Assembly (NCBI GenBank): GCA_965198235.1
Contig: OZ240248.1
Coordinates: forward strand, 320,001-384,000
Length of the DNA stretch: 64,000 bases
Origin: Candidatus Poribacteria bacterium
Lineage (GTDB): Bacteria; Poribacteria; WGA-4E; WGA-3G
Reading direction: 5' to 3'
Shown here: positions 29,507 through 40,663 of the stretch, piece by piece
Layout: each line of letters begins with the position of its first letter
Numbering within the stretch: the first letter of the stretch is position 1
Translations under genes and position numbers: made by a program
Notes under the pieces: model-generated
Databases searched by the model: none
Seen by the model: the letters and a program-made list of their open reading frames with translations, nothing else
What the model was told of the DNA's origin: nothing

Positions 29507-31741
29507 TTGAACACGCAAAACGAACCGAATCCACAGCAGCCAGCACTTAGCGTCACATCAATTCTCGCAATTATCAGCGTCGTGCTCGCCACGGGATGGA
29601 TAGCCTTTGCCTATTACAAAGGCACTGCCAACAGCAGCCGAATACTGTTGCTGCATCCAGTCGTGCCGATGCTGCTGATTGTCCTGCTCATCCGCGTTTA
29701 TCGCTGGATCGACCTAAAGAGCATAGTGATTCTTGAAATACTGATGATCGCTGTGTGGGTTTTTATACGTTTGTTGGGCGTGTTGACCCCTTTCATTTTA
29801 GGGTTTGGCTTCGCTTATATCTTTAGGTTTCTCTGGAATGCTCTCCCATTCAAAGCCAGATACCTACGCGGACTCGCGACGGTAATAATTGTCCTTGTGT
29901 GCGGCAGTTTGCTTTTCTACACTGGGAAACAGGTTAGTAAGCAAGCAACCCAGATGGGGAGTGGGTTACTAAAGTTTTATCATGAGATTGTTCTGCCTTA
30001 TGTCGTTGGTGAGACGTTTGAGGCGGTCGCTATCAGTGTCGATTTTCCTACTATTGAGGATGATGTAGCAGGAAGAAACAATCAAACGACTCCAGCAGAA
30101 ACATTCTACCTTGGTACGAACCACGGCATTTATAAAATTCAACAGGATGCAGAGAGAGAGTTTGTTCGTATTGGTATCACAAACGGCGTGCTTCTCGGCA
30201 AACCGATACAAGCACTTGCAGCAGCTGGAAACGTTATCTACGCTGGTACGCAGAGTGGGTTATATCGGTATTACAAGGCATTGCCTGCTGATGTCACTGA
30301 AGCGATTGACGGTGATGTAACAGACATCCAAAACGTCACACCGAGAATATGGCACAAGGTACAAGCGACCCCTTTCGATACTCTTTCCGTTCAAGCGATC
30401 AACGTTCCGAATTGGAATAATACCCAGATTTATGTTGGAACACAAAAAGGACTTTACAGCAGTAAGAATTTAGGAAAAACATGGCGTGAGGTCGCCCCTC
30501 AAATTTATAGTGAAAGGTCCATCGTCAGTATTGTTTCTATTGTGGATACGAATGGTGATAGGACAATTTATGTCGCCAGTACAGCGATAATTGATGCGAT
30601 GCCCTCAGAACGGATAGTTCCCATGCCTACGGTCGCAACAGTGCATTGGTACCTGGAGGATTCCGCTCTTGAGTGGAATCCGCTTCCTTCTATAACGGAT
30701 TCGGTTTATGCACTGGCAAGTGGAGGTAAAACGTGGATTGTCCCGCAAGCCTCTATAGGCTTGCGCTTAGAAGACCCCTCACAGGTGTTTGATATTGAAC
30801 TGTACGCCGGCACGCCCGATGGTCTCTATGAATGGCATCGTCTTGGCACATGGCGAAAGACGGAAGGTACTGCTGCAGTCTCGTTGTTAGCGTCGGCACC
30901 TTCTGGTGTATACATCGGTAATGGAACCGCTATCCTGCATCGTGCCGTTCCTACAGAGGGATGGCAGCCATTTGCTACACGGAACGAAGGGATTAGTTAC
31001 ACCTATAGGGACGAGCCTATTGTCCAGCAGGTGAAAACATACTTGACCGAAAGAATTCCAACAATCGCCCAAACCGGTGGTGAGGCTATCAGGGAAGGGG
31101 TTCAGTTCGCGGGTTCGATCGCTTTTGGGTTTGGCGGGTTTTTAGCCACAGTATCACTCGCGTTCATTGTGTTTGTCTATGCAAGCCAGTCGTTTGACAA
31201 TTATTTCCGCAGTTTCATCACGCTGGTCCCTGAACTTCATCGTGAAACTGTCAAGACCTACCTGCGCGAAATTGATAGGAATCTACAACAGTTCCTAAAA
31301 GGACAAGTAACCGTCATCGCGATTGTGTCAGTGGTCTCCTGTATCGCGTACAGCATTATCGGTGTGCCGTTCGCATTGGTTATTGGGGTACTCGCCGGAA
31401 TCTGTAACGCTATACCGACCTTTGGACCCTTTATCGGCGGCGGTTTCGCCTATGTGGCGATGCTAATGGGGCTGGCGGCTGGGGATTTCGGTATAATTGA
31501 TTTCCTCATTCGCAGTGCATTCGTGTTGGGTGCCATTCTTGGCATTCAGATGCTTGACAACTCATTGATTTCACCTAAAATTATGAGCACCGCTGTTAAT
31601 GTAGATCCGCTGCTCATTATGTTTGCTGTGATTGTTGGGGCAGCTGTACTCGGATTTTGGGGTGTATTGCTTGCAATTCCTATTATTGTTGTGGTAAAAT
31701 CGGTTATTGCCGTTTCTCAATCTTTAAATGATCGAATCTGA
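29507..31741 (+). CDS. AI-2E (PerM) family transporter with large beta-propeller-like insertion
   Basis: N-terminal TMs 'TPFILGFGFAY'; C-terminal 'IPTFGPFIG', 'QMLDN..ISPKI', 'LGFWGVLLAIP'; central 'Y.GT..GLY' repeats. Confidence 0.8.
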   Translation: MNTQNEPNPQQPALSVTSILAIISVVLATGWIAFAYYKGTANSSRILLLHPVVPMLLIVLLIRVYRWIDLKSIVILEILMIAVWVFIRLLGVLTPFILGFGFAYIFRFLWNALPFKARYLRGLATVIIVLVCGSLLFYTGKQVSKQATQMGSGLLKFYHEIVLPYVVGETFEAVAISVDFPTIEDDVAGRNNQTTPAETFYLGTNHGIYKIQQDAEREFVRIGITNGVLLGKPIQALAAAGNVIYAGTQSGLYRYYKALPADVTEAIDGDVTDIQNVTPRIWHKVQATPFDTLSVQAINVPNWNNTQIYVGTQKGLYSSKNLGKTWREVAPQIYSERSIVSIVSIVDTNGDRTIYVASTAIIDAMPSERIVPMPTVATVHWYLEDSALEWNPLPSITDSVYALASGGKTWIVPQASIGLRLEDPSQVFDIELYAGTPDGLYEWHRLGTWRKTEGTAAVSLLASAPSGVYIGNGTAILHRAVPTEGWQPFATRNEGISYTYRDEPIVQQVKTYLTERIPTIAQTGGEAIREGVQFAGSIAFGFGGFLATVSLAFIVFVYASQSFDNYFRSFITLVPELHRETVKTYLREIDRNLQQFLKGQVTVIAIVSVVSCIAYSIIGVPFALVIGVLAGICNAIPTFGPFIGGGFAYVAMLMGLAAGDFGIIDFLIRSAFVLGAILGIQMLDNSLISPKIMSTAVNVDPLLIMFAVIVGAAVLGFWGVLLAIPIIVVVKSVIAVSQSLNDRI

Positions 31742-31779
31742 GCACCGTTCCATTACATTTTTCTAACTATGGGAATCTG

Positions 31780-32150
31780 TTAACCATCGAAGAAATCCGC
31801 AGAAACACCCAAGCAAAAACCCTCGTGCTTTAACATCTATAACGGAGTCGAGTTGATGGTTAAACTGCTCCACTACGTTGAAGAAACATCGGATTTAGTC
31901 TGGGAATAGACTAAATCCATTCCTTGTATTACATTGCAAAAACCCCCGTCCCAGTAACGGGCGGGGACCCCGGTTTTCAGTGAATTCCAACCCGCTCCAG
32001 GTGCTCAAAAGGGTTCTGACTTCACCAGAAACCATCGTGGAATGAAATTAGGTTTCCTTAAATGGCATAATTTGTCTTTGCTTTACTTATGGAACGATGA
32101 CCAAATTTAATAATTTAAAAAACGATGACCAAATTTAATAGTTTAAAGAA
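31780..32150. repeat. Composite repeat cluster (families A, B, E, C) upstream of der
   Basis: Adjacent and nested copies of four motifs found elsewhere in the window; 28-bp tandem duplication at 32093-32148. Confidence 0.75.
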
Positions 32151-33519
32151 CCCCATTGTTGCGATCGTCGGCAGACCGAATGTCGGGAAATCATCACTTT
32201 TCAATCGAATCGCTGGAAATAGCCGTCAGCAGTCATCAATCAGCAGTCAGCAAGAACCGAGAGCCGAAAGCCGTCCCCCGCGCAAATACGCAGTCGTCCA
32301 TGATACACCCGGTGTGACGCGCGACAGGAACTACGCTGACGTGGAATGGGCAGACCGCGCTTTTACCATTGTAGATACCGGCGGTTTGGACATCAATCCG
32401 GACGACCGGCTTATCGATAATGTTCAATCGCAGGTGGATGTTGCCTTGGCTGAAGCGAGCCTCATCCTCTTTGTCGTTGATGCCCGAACTGGCATCATGC
32501 CACACGATATGGTTGTCGTTGATAAACTCAGAGCTGCTGATAAACCTATCTTCCTCGTCGTCAATAAGGTAGATAGCGACCGATTTCACAATGAAGCTGC
32601 CGAGTTTTACGCACTCGGATTCGCAGAGCCAATGTGGACATCGTGTGTCCAAAATGATGGGATTCGGGAACTACTCGACCGCGTCGTTGAAACCCTCCCA
32701 GAGACCGACGAAACTGTCCACGACGCGCCTCCTACAATGAAAATCGCTATTGTTGGCAGACCGAATGTCGGGAAATCCTCGCTTATCAACAGTTTGTTAG
32801 GTGAAGAGCGGATGATTGTCGATGACCGACCCGGGACTACGCGCGATGCGGTGAATATCCGAATCGTTCACGACAATATCCCTTTTGAAGTAGTTGATAC
32901 GACGGGAATGCGGCGTAAATCTGCTATCAACGATGAACTTGAATCCGTAACCGTGCAACGTGCGATACACAGCATTCGCCAAAGCGACATCGCTGTACTC
33001 GTACTGGACGTAACCCAGGATGTCGCACAACAGGATAAGGCGATCGCCAATTTCATTGAACGGCAGGGGAAAGCCTCCGTTTTAGTCATGAACAAGTGGG
33101 ATCTAATCGATAAGGATAACACAACGCATCCGGCATTTATGGATGCGATAGATGTGCAACTCCCGCAACTCGGTTATGTCCCACGTGTTTTTGTTTCCGC
33201 TCTAAGTGGGCAACGCGTTACCCAAATATTGACGACTGCACTTGAGGTCTACCGTGAGTATTGTACGCACATCCCTACACCCGCACTCAACGACTTGCTT
33301 CTGGAGTTGCGCAATGCCCATCCACCCCCGCGGGTTAAAGGGGCGCGCCCTGCACTCAAGTATATCACGCAGATGGAGACTAAACCGCCCACTTTCTTAA
33401 TCTTCGGACGGAATGTCCATCGCGTGCAGCAGCCGTATGAGGCTTACCTCGTCAACAGTATTCGGAAGGAATTCGGATTTCACGGCACACCGATACGGAT
33501 TTTTTTTCGCAGATCATAA
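32125..33519 (+). CDS. der: Ribosome biogenesis GTPase Der (EngA)
   Basis: Two 'GRPNVGKSSL' G domains, 'PGVTRD'/'PGTTRD', 'NKVD'/'NKWD', KH-like tail 'FGFHGTPI'. Confidence 0.97.
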   Translation: MTKFNSLKNPIVAIVGRPNVGKSSLFNRIAGNSRQQSSISSQQEPRAESRPPRKYAVVHDTPGVTRDRNYADVEWADRAFTIVDTGGLDINPDDRLIDNVQSQVDVALAEASLILFVVDARTGIMPHDMVVVDKLRAADKPIFLVVNKVDSDRFHNEAAEFYALGFAEPMWTSCVQNDGIRELLDRVVETLPETDETVHDAPPTMKIAIVGRPNVGKSSLINSLLGEERMIVDDRPGTTRDAVNIRIVHDNIPFEVVDTTGMRRKSAINDELESVTVQRAIHSIRQSDIAVLVLDVTQDVAQQDKAIANFIERQGKASVLVMNKWDLIDKDNTTHPAFMDAIDVQLPQLGYVPRVFVSALSGQRVTQILTTALEVYREYCTHIPTPALNDLLLELRNAHPPPRVKGARPALKYITQMETKPPTFLIFGRNVHRVQQPYEAYLVNSIRKEFGFHGTPIRIFFRRS

Positions 33520-33688
33520 TCTATAATTAGCTGTCGGCGGATTGGCTTTCGGCTTTCAATTATCAGTTATCAATCACAAGAGGTTTTTGATAATCCCGGG
33601 GGAAATCCGCAGAAATACTGTTTTTGCTTGGGCGTTTCTTAAGCAAAAACACACCTCTTTGCTGACTGCCATAAAAAGGAGGAATGCC

Positions 33689-34660
33689 TTGTCACAATTT
33701 AAAGTTTTTATTACGCGTCCTATCCCGGAAGAGATCCGTGCGAAGATAGCAGAAGAATGCGAGGTCGATATGTGGCACACGAGTGCCATTTTACCGCCCA
33801 TTGCTGAAAGAATTCCGCCACTTGATGGGTTAATGACTTATGGACATGAACCTGTCTCTCCAGAGATGATTGCTACAGCACCGAATCTCAAAGCTATCTC
33901 TGTCGTCGGGGTCGGTTATGACCATGTTCCTGTTGAGACGTGTAGAGAACGAGGGATCGCGGTTGGACATACACCCGGGATCCTCAGTGATACCACCGCC
34001 GATATGACGATGGCACTCCTGCTCGCCACTGCTCGAAATATTGTTCCCGCCTATAACCATGTCCAAGTTTCTAAAGAGTGGACGTACTATGACCCAAACA
34101 TTCTTTGGGGGACCGATGTACATCATGCGACTTTAGGGATTGTAGGCATGGGACGAATTGGGCATGCGGTCGCCAAACGCGCCAGAGCCTTTGACATGCG
34201 TGTCCTCTACTACAAACGTGAACGCCGCCCTGACTGGGAACAGGAACTCGGCGTGGAATACGTAACACTTGAAAATCTATTAGAAGTTTCCGATTTTGTG
34301 ACACTTCACGTCCCATTGACGGAGGAAACAACGCACTTTATCGGTGAAGCGGAACTCGCTTTGATGAAAAAGACAGCTATTTTAGTCAATATCGCGAGAG
34401 GTCCCGTCGTTGACCACTACGCTTTGTATGACGCACTCAAACAAGGGCAGATTGCAGGTGCCGCCGTTGATGTAACCGAGCCGGAACCGCTCAATACCGA
34501 TCATCCGCTTCTCAGTTTGGACAATGTTATCATTGCCCCGCATCTCGGTAGTGCAACTGTCCAGACTCGGATGAAAATGATGACAATGGCGATGGAGAAT
34601 TTGCTTGCGGGTTTAAAAGGAGAGCAACTGCCCTATGGAGTACTTCAGCCAAACTTTTAA
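33689..34660 (+). CDS. D-2-hydroxyacid dehydrogenase (glyoxylate reductase-like)
   Basis: 'VGMGRIG', 'VNIARG', 'DVTEPEP', 'PHLGSAT'; TTG start after AAGGAGG. Confidence 0.9.
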   Translation: MSQFKVFITRPIPEEIRAKIAEECEVDMWHTSAILPPIAERIPPLDGLMTYGHEPVSPEMIATAPNLKAISVVGVGYDHVPVETCRERGIAVGHTPGILSDTTADMTMALLLATARNIVPAYNHVQVSKEWTYYDPNILWGTDVHHATLGIVGMGRIGHAVAKRARAFDMRVLYYKRERRPDWEQELGVEYVTLENLLEVSDFVTLHVPLTEETTHFIGEAELALMKKTAILVNIARGPVVDHYALYDALKQGQIAGAAVDVTEPEPLNTDHPLLSLDNVIIAPHLGSATVQTRMKMMTMAMENLLAGLKGEQLPYGVLQPNF

Positions 34661-34792
34661 TAGCAGTCAGCAGAATAGCCGTTAGCAATCAGCAATCAGC
34701 AGTCAATTTTAAGAGGTTTTCGTTTAAGAATACCCTCTTCTTGCTGATAGCCGATAGCCGACTGCTGAAAGCCAATTCGCTGACAGCCGATA
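34661..34792. repeat. Heptamer-arm palindromic element (tcagcag/ctgacag-type arms around aagagg...cctctt)
   Basis: Related copy at about 33530-33672 and an in-frame copy in der at 32218-32280. Confidence 0.75.
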
Positions 34793-34803
34793 AAGGTGGG
34801 AAG

Positions 34804-36132
34804 ATGATACTTGAAAAACTATTTGCGTTAAAAGAGAGCGGCACTTCCTTGAGACGCGAATTCGTTGCAGGTCTCACGAATTTTATGACGATCTCATATA
34901 TAATTTTCGTGCAGCCCTCAATGCTTTCGTTGTCTGGTATGGATTATGGTGCCGTTATGGTTGCGACCTGCCTATCCAGTGCACTCGCGACGTTCTGCAT
35001 GGCATATTTTACGAATTATCCTGTTGTATTGGCTCCCGGTATGGGTCTTAACGCCTATTTCGTTTTTGACCTTTGCTTAGGTTCAGGCATACCTTGGCAG
35101 GAAGCGTTGGGTATTGTTTTCATAGCAGGTATGCTGTTTTTCATACTCTCGTTTGTGGGGATACGTGAAGCCATCATGAATGCCCTCCCACACTCGCTTC
35201 AAAATGCGATTGCTATCGGGATTGGGCTGTTTATTGCTTTCATCGGACTACAGATGAGTGGCATCATTACAAAAGATCCCGCTACATTTATTACGCGCGG
35301 TAATCTCGATTCCAGGCCCGTCCTCCTCTCAATTTTCGGTATTGCTGTAACGCTCACACTCATCGCACGTAAGGTGCGAGGTGCTATTCTGATCGGTATT
35401 CTTGTTTCAACTGTCGCCAACCTCATTTTCGGAATTGCCGCGTATGATGGAATCGTCGCGTCGCCCCCGTCTATCATGCCAACGTTCTTTAAACTACAGC
35501 TTCCGAATATATTCGACAAACTGGAACTCATTCCCGTTATCTTTGTGTTTTTTGCCATTGACATGTTTGATAGCATTGGCACACTCACAGCTATCGGCTA
35601 TCGGGCGGAACTCCTCAAAGAGGGAAAACTCACAAAAGCCAGAGGGGCACTTTTGACGGATGCAGGAAGTACCGTTGGCGGTGCCTTACTCGGCACCTCG
35701 ACTGTGACATGTTACATCGAAAGCGCAACGGGCATCACTGAAGGCGGACGGACAGGTCTCACCGCTGCCGTTACAGGGATTTTCATGTTGCTGTCTCTTT
35801 TTTTATATCCGCTTGTTAAGATTGTTGGGGGTGGATTTCAGATTAGCCAATCTGCTTTCCTTTATCCGATTATCGCGCCAGCACTCATCGTTGTCGGTGG
35901 ATTGATGCTCAGGAATGTCAGCCAGATTGATTGGGAGGACATCACGGAATCGATCCCTGCGTTCCTTACGATGCTGATGATGCCGCTCTCCTTCAGTATT
36001 ACAGACGGCATCGGCTTCGGGTTTATCTCGTTAGCGTTTCTGAAGTTAGTGACGGGTCGCAGGAAAGAGATTCATCCTATTATATACTACTTCGCGCTCT
36101 TTTTCATCGCCTGCTACATCGGTCATCTGTAG
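34804..36132 (+). CDS. NCS2/AzgA family purine permease
   Basis: 'APGMGLNAYF', 'DMFDSIGT', 'YIESATG', 'GGRTGL'. Confidence 0.92.
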   Translation: MILEKLFALKESGTSLRREFVAGLTNFMTISYIIFVQPSMLSLSGMDYGAVMVATCLSSALATFCMAYFTNYPVVLAPGMGLNAYFVFDLCLGSGIPWQEALGIVFIAGMLFFILSFVGIREAIMNALPHSLQNAIAIGIGLFIAFIGLQMSGIITKDPATFITRGNLDSRPVLLSIFGIAVTLTLIARKVRGAILIGILVSTVANLIFGIAAYDGIVASPPSIMPTFFKLQLPNIFDKLELIPVIFVFFAIDMFDSIGTLTAIGYRAELLKEGKLTKARGALLTDAGSTVGGALLGTSTVTCYIESATGITEGGRTGLTAAVTGIFMLLSLFLYPLVKIVGGGFQISQSAFLYPIIAPALIVVGGLMLRNVSQIDWEDITESIPAFLTMLMMPLSFSITDGIGFGFISLAFLKLVTGRRKEIHPIIYYFALFFIACYIGHL

Positions 36133-36226
36133 GAGACACTTTCTCCCGAATCTAATAGGTGCGGTTCCCTAACCGCACCGAAACAAAACGACTACAACTA
36201 CAACACGGAAAAAGGAACAATCCTAA

Positions 36227-39200
36227 ATGCCTCGCATTTTCGATAACATCGACCAACCGCTGCTCCCCGCACTCCAACAAACGCTTGAAAACGCCACGCA
36301 TGCCGATTTTTGTGTTGGCTATTTCAACCTCCGTGGATGGAGAGGACTCGGATCTTACGTTGAGAATTGGAACGGCGGCGAAGGCGAATGCTGCCGCTTG
36401 CTCGTCGGGATGCAACGCTTACCTGAAGAAGAACTCCGAGGAGCCAAGCGGCTTGCTAAGCAGGACGGTAGGATTGACAATCAAACGGCACTCCGTCTCA
36501 AACGGAGATTAGCAGAAGAATTCCGAGAACAATTGACCGTAGGTGTGCCGACGCATGTAGACGAAATAGGCTTACGCCAATTGGCGCAGCAACTTCGCGC
36601 CGAGAAGGTGAAGGTGAAGTTATTCCTCCGACACACCCTCCATGCGAAACTCTATCTGATTTATCGCTCTGACATAATTACACCAACTGTCGGTTACCTT
36701 GGCAGTAGCAACCTGACCCTCGCCGGACTCTCACAACAAGGAGAACTCAACGTTGATGTCGTTGACTCGGATTCTTGTGACAAGTTAGAGGAATGGTTTG
36801 AAGACCGATGGGACGACCGGTGGTGTATTGATATTTCTAAGGAATTGGTTGAGATTATTGAGCAGAGTTGGGCGCGTGAGGAGCTCATTCCGCCATATCA
36901 TATTTATATCAAGATGGCGTATCACCTCTCGCAAGAGGCTCGCGCTGGATTGACTGAATTTCAGATTCCACGCGAGTTTGAGGACAAACTCTTTGAATTC
37001 CAAACCGCTGCCGTGAAAATCGCAGCGCATCACCTCAACAGACGCGGCGGTGTGCTAATAGGCGATGTCGTCGGACTCGGTAAAACGCTCATGGGAACAG
37101 CATTGGCGCGCATACAGGAAGACGATTACGACCTTGAAACACTAATTATTTGCCCGAAGAACCTCGTCAACATGTGGGAAAACTATCGGGAGCAATACCG
37201 CCTGCGGGGGAGAGTGCTCTCAATTAGCCGAGTCATCAATGAATTGCCAGACCTTCGACGCTACCGACTTGTCATGATTGACGAAAGCCATAACCTCAGA
37301 AACCGTGAAGGTAAACGCTACCGCGCCATTCAGGACTATATCCAACAAAATGAGAGCAAGGTTATCCTCCTCTCTGCAACTCCTTACAACAAAACCTATC
37401 TTGATCTCTCTAATCAGCTCCGTCTCTTTGTTGACGAAACCGAAGACCTCGGCATTCGGCCGGAGCAATATATCAAGGTGTTGGGCGGTGAAACCGAGTT
37501 TATTCGCAAGCATCAAAGCGGGGTCCGCACACTTTCAGCGTTTGAACACAGTGAGTATATTGACGATTGGCGCGAACTGATGCGCCGGTATCTCGTCCGC
37601 CGCACGCGCACTTTCATCACGGAAAACTACGCCGAAACGGATCCCGATACAAAACGGACGTTCCTTTTATTTCCGGACGGCACGCGTTCCTACTTCCCTA
37701 CACGCGCACCAAAAACGATAAAGTTCTCAATTGATGAGCAAAATCCCGACGACACCTACGCGCAGTTGTACTCTCGTTCTGTCGTAAACACCATTAGCAA
37801 TCTTAAACTCGCCCGATATGGACTCGCAAATTACATCGTTGACACACCATCGGAACCGCCCACAGAAACCGAACAGCGGCAATTGCAAGACCTCTCGCGT
37901 GGCGGCCAGCGGTTAATGGGATTTTGCCGGACAGGTCTCTTCAAACGACTTGAAAGCAGCGGACAGGCATTTATCCAGTCCGTTGATCGGCATATTCTGC
38001 GAAACTATATCTTCCTCTACGCCATTGAGAACAATGAATCGTTACCGATCGGGTCCCAAAACGCTGAGATGCTCGATTCTCGGTTTGAGGATAGAGATAC
38101 CGATGATGCCACTCTCATCTTAGATGCCTCTGGTGATGATGATGACACGCAGCTTGATAGCACAAATTCACAAACCGGTTCATACACAGCCGATGATTAT
38201 AAACATCGCGCCGCTGAGATTTATGGACTCTACACAACAAAATATAAAAGTAGGTTTAAGTGGCTCCGTCCAAATCTTTTCCACCCGCTGCTTCGGAAAG
38301 AGTTGACCGAGGACGCGCTCGCACTCACCAAGATTTTGCAACAGTACGGCACGTGGGACCCCGAGAAAGACGCGAAACTCAACGCGCTTCAAGAACTCTT
38401 AATCCAGACACACCCAGACGATAAAGTCGTGGTTTTCACACAATTTGCGGATACCGTGCAGTATCTGACAGATGCCCTCTCAGAACGCGGGTTGACGCAA
38501 ATCGCCGCTGCGACCGGCGACTCGGCAGATCCCACAGCTTTAGCACACCGCTTTAGTCCCGTCAGCAATAATAAACGGGATAGAATTCAGCCCGAAGACG
38601 AATTACGGGTCCTCATCAGCACAGATGTCCTGAGCGAGGGGCAAAATTTACAGGATTGTGCAGTCGTTGTCAATTATGACTTACCGTGGGCAATTATACG
38701 CTTGGTGCAGCGTGCCGGCAGGGTTGACCGAATTGGTCAGATGGCGGAAGACATTTTGTGCTATTCGTTTCTACCCGCTGAAGGTGTGGAGCGCATCATC
38801 AACTTGCGTGGACGCGTCCGGGCGCGCCTTCGCCAGAATGCCGAGGTTGTCGGCACGGACGAAGCCTTCTTTGAAGATGACGGTGAAGAAGGCAACGAAG
38901 CGATCGTTAACCTCTATAACGAAAAGGCAGGTTTGCTTGACGATGCACAGGATAACGATGTTGACCTCGCCTCTCACGCGTATCAGATTTGGAAAAACGC
39001 CATTACGCAAGACCCAGATTTAGAAAAGATTGTTCCTGCACTCCCGTCTGTTGTCTATTCAACCCAATCGCACGTCCCAACCGATAACGAACCCGAAGGT
39101 GCGCTCGTCTACATCCGAACAGGACAAGAAAACGACGCACTGGCATGGATAGATCGAAACGGTCAGAGCGTAACGGAATCCCAGTTTGCAATTCTTCAAG

Positions 39201-39625
39201 CCGCAGCGTGCAAACCAGACACTGAAGCACTCTCACCCCTCGAAGAACACCATCGCCTCGTTGAAGAAGCCGCGAGTCTGATTGTCTCTGAGAAAAGGTC
39301 GGTTGGCGGACAACTCGGACGACCCTCCGGTGCGCGTTTCCGAACGTATGAACGCCTCACACAGCACGCCAACGACATGGAAGGCACACTCTTCAACACA
39401 CGGGAACTGAAACAGGTCATTGAAGCCATCTATCGCTATCCGCTGCGGCAGACGGCGACCGATACCCTCAACCGTCAACTCCGCAGTGGCATTTCCAACG
39501 AGGATCTCGCGGCGTTGGTGATTGATTTATGGGAAACAGATAGACTCTGTATTATTGAGGAAGAGCGGCAAACACGAGAACCCCAGATTGTCTGCTCACT
39601 GGGACTTCGTGCAAGCAGGGCATGA
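36227..39625 (+). CDS. PLD-like nuclease fused to SNF2-family helicase
   Basis: 'HAKLY...GSSNLT' PLD motif; 'GDVVGLGKT', 'DESH', 'SATP', '[10 protein letters not shown]'. Confidence 0.9.
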   Translation: MPRIFDNIDQPLLPALQQTLENATHADFCVGYFNLRGWRGLGSYVENWNGGEGECCRLLVGMQRLPEEELRGAKRLAKQDGRIDNQTALRLKRRLAEEFREQLTVGVPTHVDEIGLRQLAQQLRAEKVKVKLFLRHTLHAKLYLIYRSDIITPTVGYLGSSNLTLAGLSQQGELNVDVVDSDSCDKLEEWFEDRWDDRWCIDISKELVEIIEQSWAREELIPPYHIYIKMAYHLSQEARAGLTEFQIPREFEDKLFEFQTAAVKIAAHHLNRRGGVLIGDVVGLGKTLMGTALARIQEDDYDLETLIICPKNLVNMWENYREQYRLRGRVLSISRVINELPDLRRYRLVMIDESHNLRNREGKRYRAIQDYIQQNESKVILLSATPYNKTYLDLSNQLRLFVDETEDLGIRPEQYIKVLGGETEFIRKHQSGVRTLSAFEHSEYIDDWRELMRRYLVRRTRTFITENYAETDPDTKRTFLLFPDGTRSYFPTRAPKTIKFSIDEQNPDDTYAQLYSRSVVNTISNLKLARYGLANYIVDTPSEPPTETEQRQLQDLSRGGQRLMGFCRTGLFKRLESSGQAFIQSVDRHILRNYIFLYAIENNESLPIGSQNAEMLDSRFEDRDTDDATLILDASGDDDDTQLDSTNSQTGSYTADDYKHRAAEIYGLYTTKYKSRFKWLRPNLFHPLLRKELTEDALALTKILQQYGTWDPEKDAKLNALQELLIQTHPDDKVVVFTQFADTVQYLTDALSERGLTQIAAATGDSADPTALAHRFSPVSNNKRDRIQPEDELRVLISTDVLSEGQNLQDCAVVVNYDLPWAIIRLVQRAGRVDRIGQMAEDILCYSFLPAEGVERIINLRGRVRARLRQNAEVVGTDEAFFEDDGEEGNEAIVNLYNEKAGLLDDAQDNDVDLASHAYQIWKNAITQDPDLEKIVPALPSVVYSTQSHVPTDNEPEGALVYIRTGQENDALAWIDRNGQSVTESQFAILQAAACKPDTEALSPLEEHHRLVEEAASLIVSEKRSVGGQLGRPSGARFRTYERLTQHANDMEGTLFNTRELKQVIEAIYRYPLRQTATDTLNRQLRSGISNEDLAALVIDLWETDRLCIIEEERQTREPQIVCSLGLRASRA

Positions 39626-39701
39626 ACGGATTCACTGCAACACTTGTGGGAGAGGTGTTTTGCTGGGGTGTTCCCTCGACATCCAGAGGCGTTGAATTGT
39701 T

Positions 39702-39760
39702 AAATTGTCTGAATCGCGGATTACACGGATGACGCGGATTACACGGATTTTCAGACATTT
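39702..39760. repeat. Repeat family D
   Basis: 'aaattgtctgaatcgcggattacacggatgacgcggattacacggattttcagacattt', self-complementary ends. Confidence 0.75.
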
Positions 39761-39931
39761 GCCATCCGATTATGTTACACGTAGCGTAGACTGTTAGTCT
39801 GCGTGCTTGTATACACAAACTAAAAGTTTATACCACAATTGCTCTCGGCAATCCTGCAAAACCTTGAACTCCAGTGACACATCGTATATAATTTGTAGAA
39901 ACCTAACATTCCTGCTACATGGAGACTTCAG

Positions 39932-40642
39932 ATGAAAAGCCCCAAATTTGTCGTCGGACATCTTATGGACGACCAATTGTTCGTCAAATCTGTCAAGATT
40001 CCAAAGCCCCTCGATTGGATCAAACAATTAGGAAGCGAAGAACTTGTTGAGTTTTTTGGGGAGTTCCTCAAACTGGTGACACACATTTCAGAAGGCAAGG
40101 AAAATAGCGAGACGCTTGAGGAATTTCTTGCTTATTGGCGCGAGATCGCATCAGAAATGGAAGATTACGAGGAAAATGACACGGAAAATTACGAGTCGTT
40201 TTTCAAATCTCTCGCCGATTCGCTCGGAACAGCCTTGATCAATTCCGGAGGGGATGTCTTGGCAAATATTGCTGAGGCAGAGCAGGAATTGGATTCGCCC
40301 TGGATAGATATTGTCGATGTCCAACATGAACAGGACCCACTGTTCCATAACATCTACATGGAGCCGGAGATCGCTGATGTGACGGAACAGCAGCGGGATC
40401 ATTACTTAACCCTATCTATCTCTGAACTCAGACTCCCTACCCGAGCCCACAATTGTCTCGAAAGGGCAAACATCTATACCTTACGAGCACTCGTCGAAAA
40501 AACAGAAGAAGAATTACTGCTGCTCAGTAATTTCGGGATGGTATCACTCCAAACAGTCAAAGCAGGACTCGCTCCCATGGGGCTTTACCTCGGAATGGAC
40601 CTGGACCCAGAGGAGATCAATGAGGACGAGGACTACGACTAA
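39932..40642 (+). CDS. Acidic protein with C-terminal RNA polymerase alpha-CTD-like domain
   Basis: 'ISELRLPTRAHNCLERANIYTLRALVEKTEEELLLLSNFGMVSLQTVKAGLAPMGLYLGM' aligns by eye with RpoA CTD; no alpha-NTD. Confidence 0.85.
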   Translation: MKSPKFVVGHLMDDQLFVKSVKIPKPLDWIKQLGSEELVEFFGEFLKLVTHISEGKENSETLEEFLAYWREIASEMEDYEENDTENYESFFKSLADSLGTALINSGGDVLANIAEAEQELDSPWIDIVDVQHEQDPLFHNIYMEPEIADVTEQQRDHYLTLSISELRLPTRAHNCLERANIYTLRALVEKTEEELLLLSNFGMVSLQTVKAGLAPMGLYLGMDLDPEEINEDEDYD

Positions 40643-40663
40643 AATACTTTCAGAAATTGCTGG

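Noticed and set aside
33542-33688. N-terminal extensions in the ORF track (also 7413, 20712, 25588, 34741)
   Set aside because: They run through intergenic DNA, mostly repeats; downstream starts fit the RBS or family N-terminus better
39932-40642. rpoA gene
   Set aside because: No alpha-NTD and no rpsK/rpsD/rplQ context
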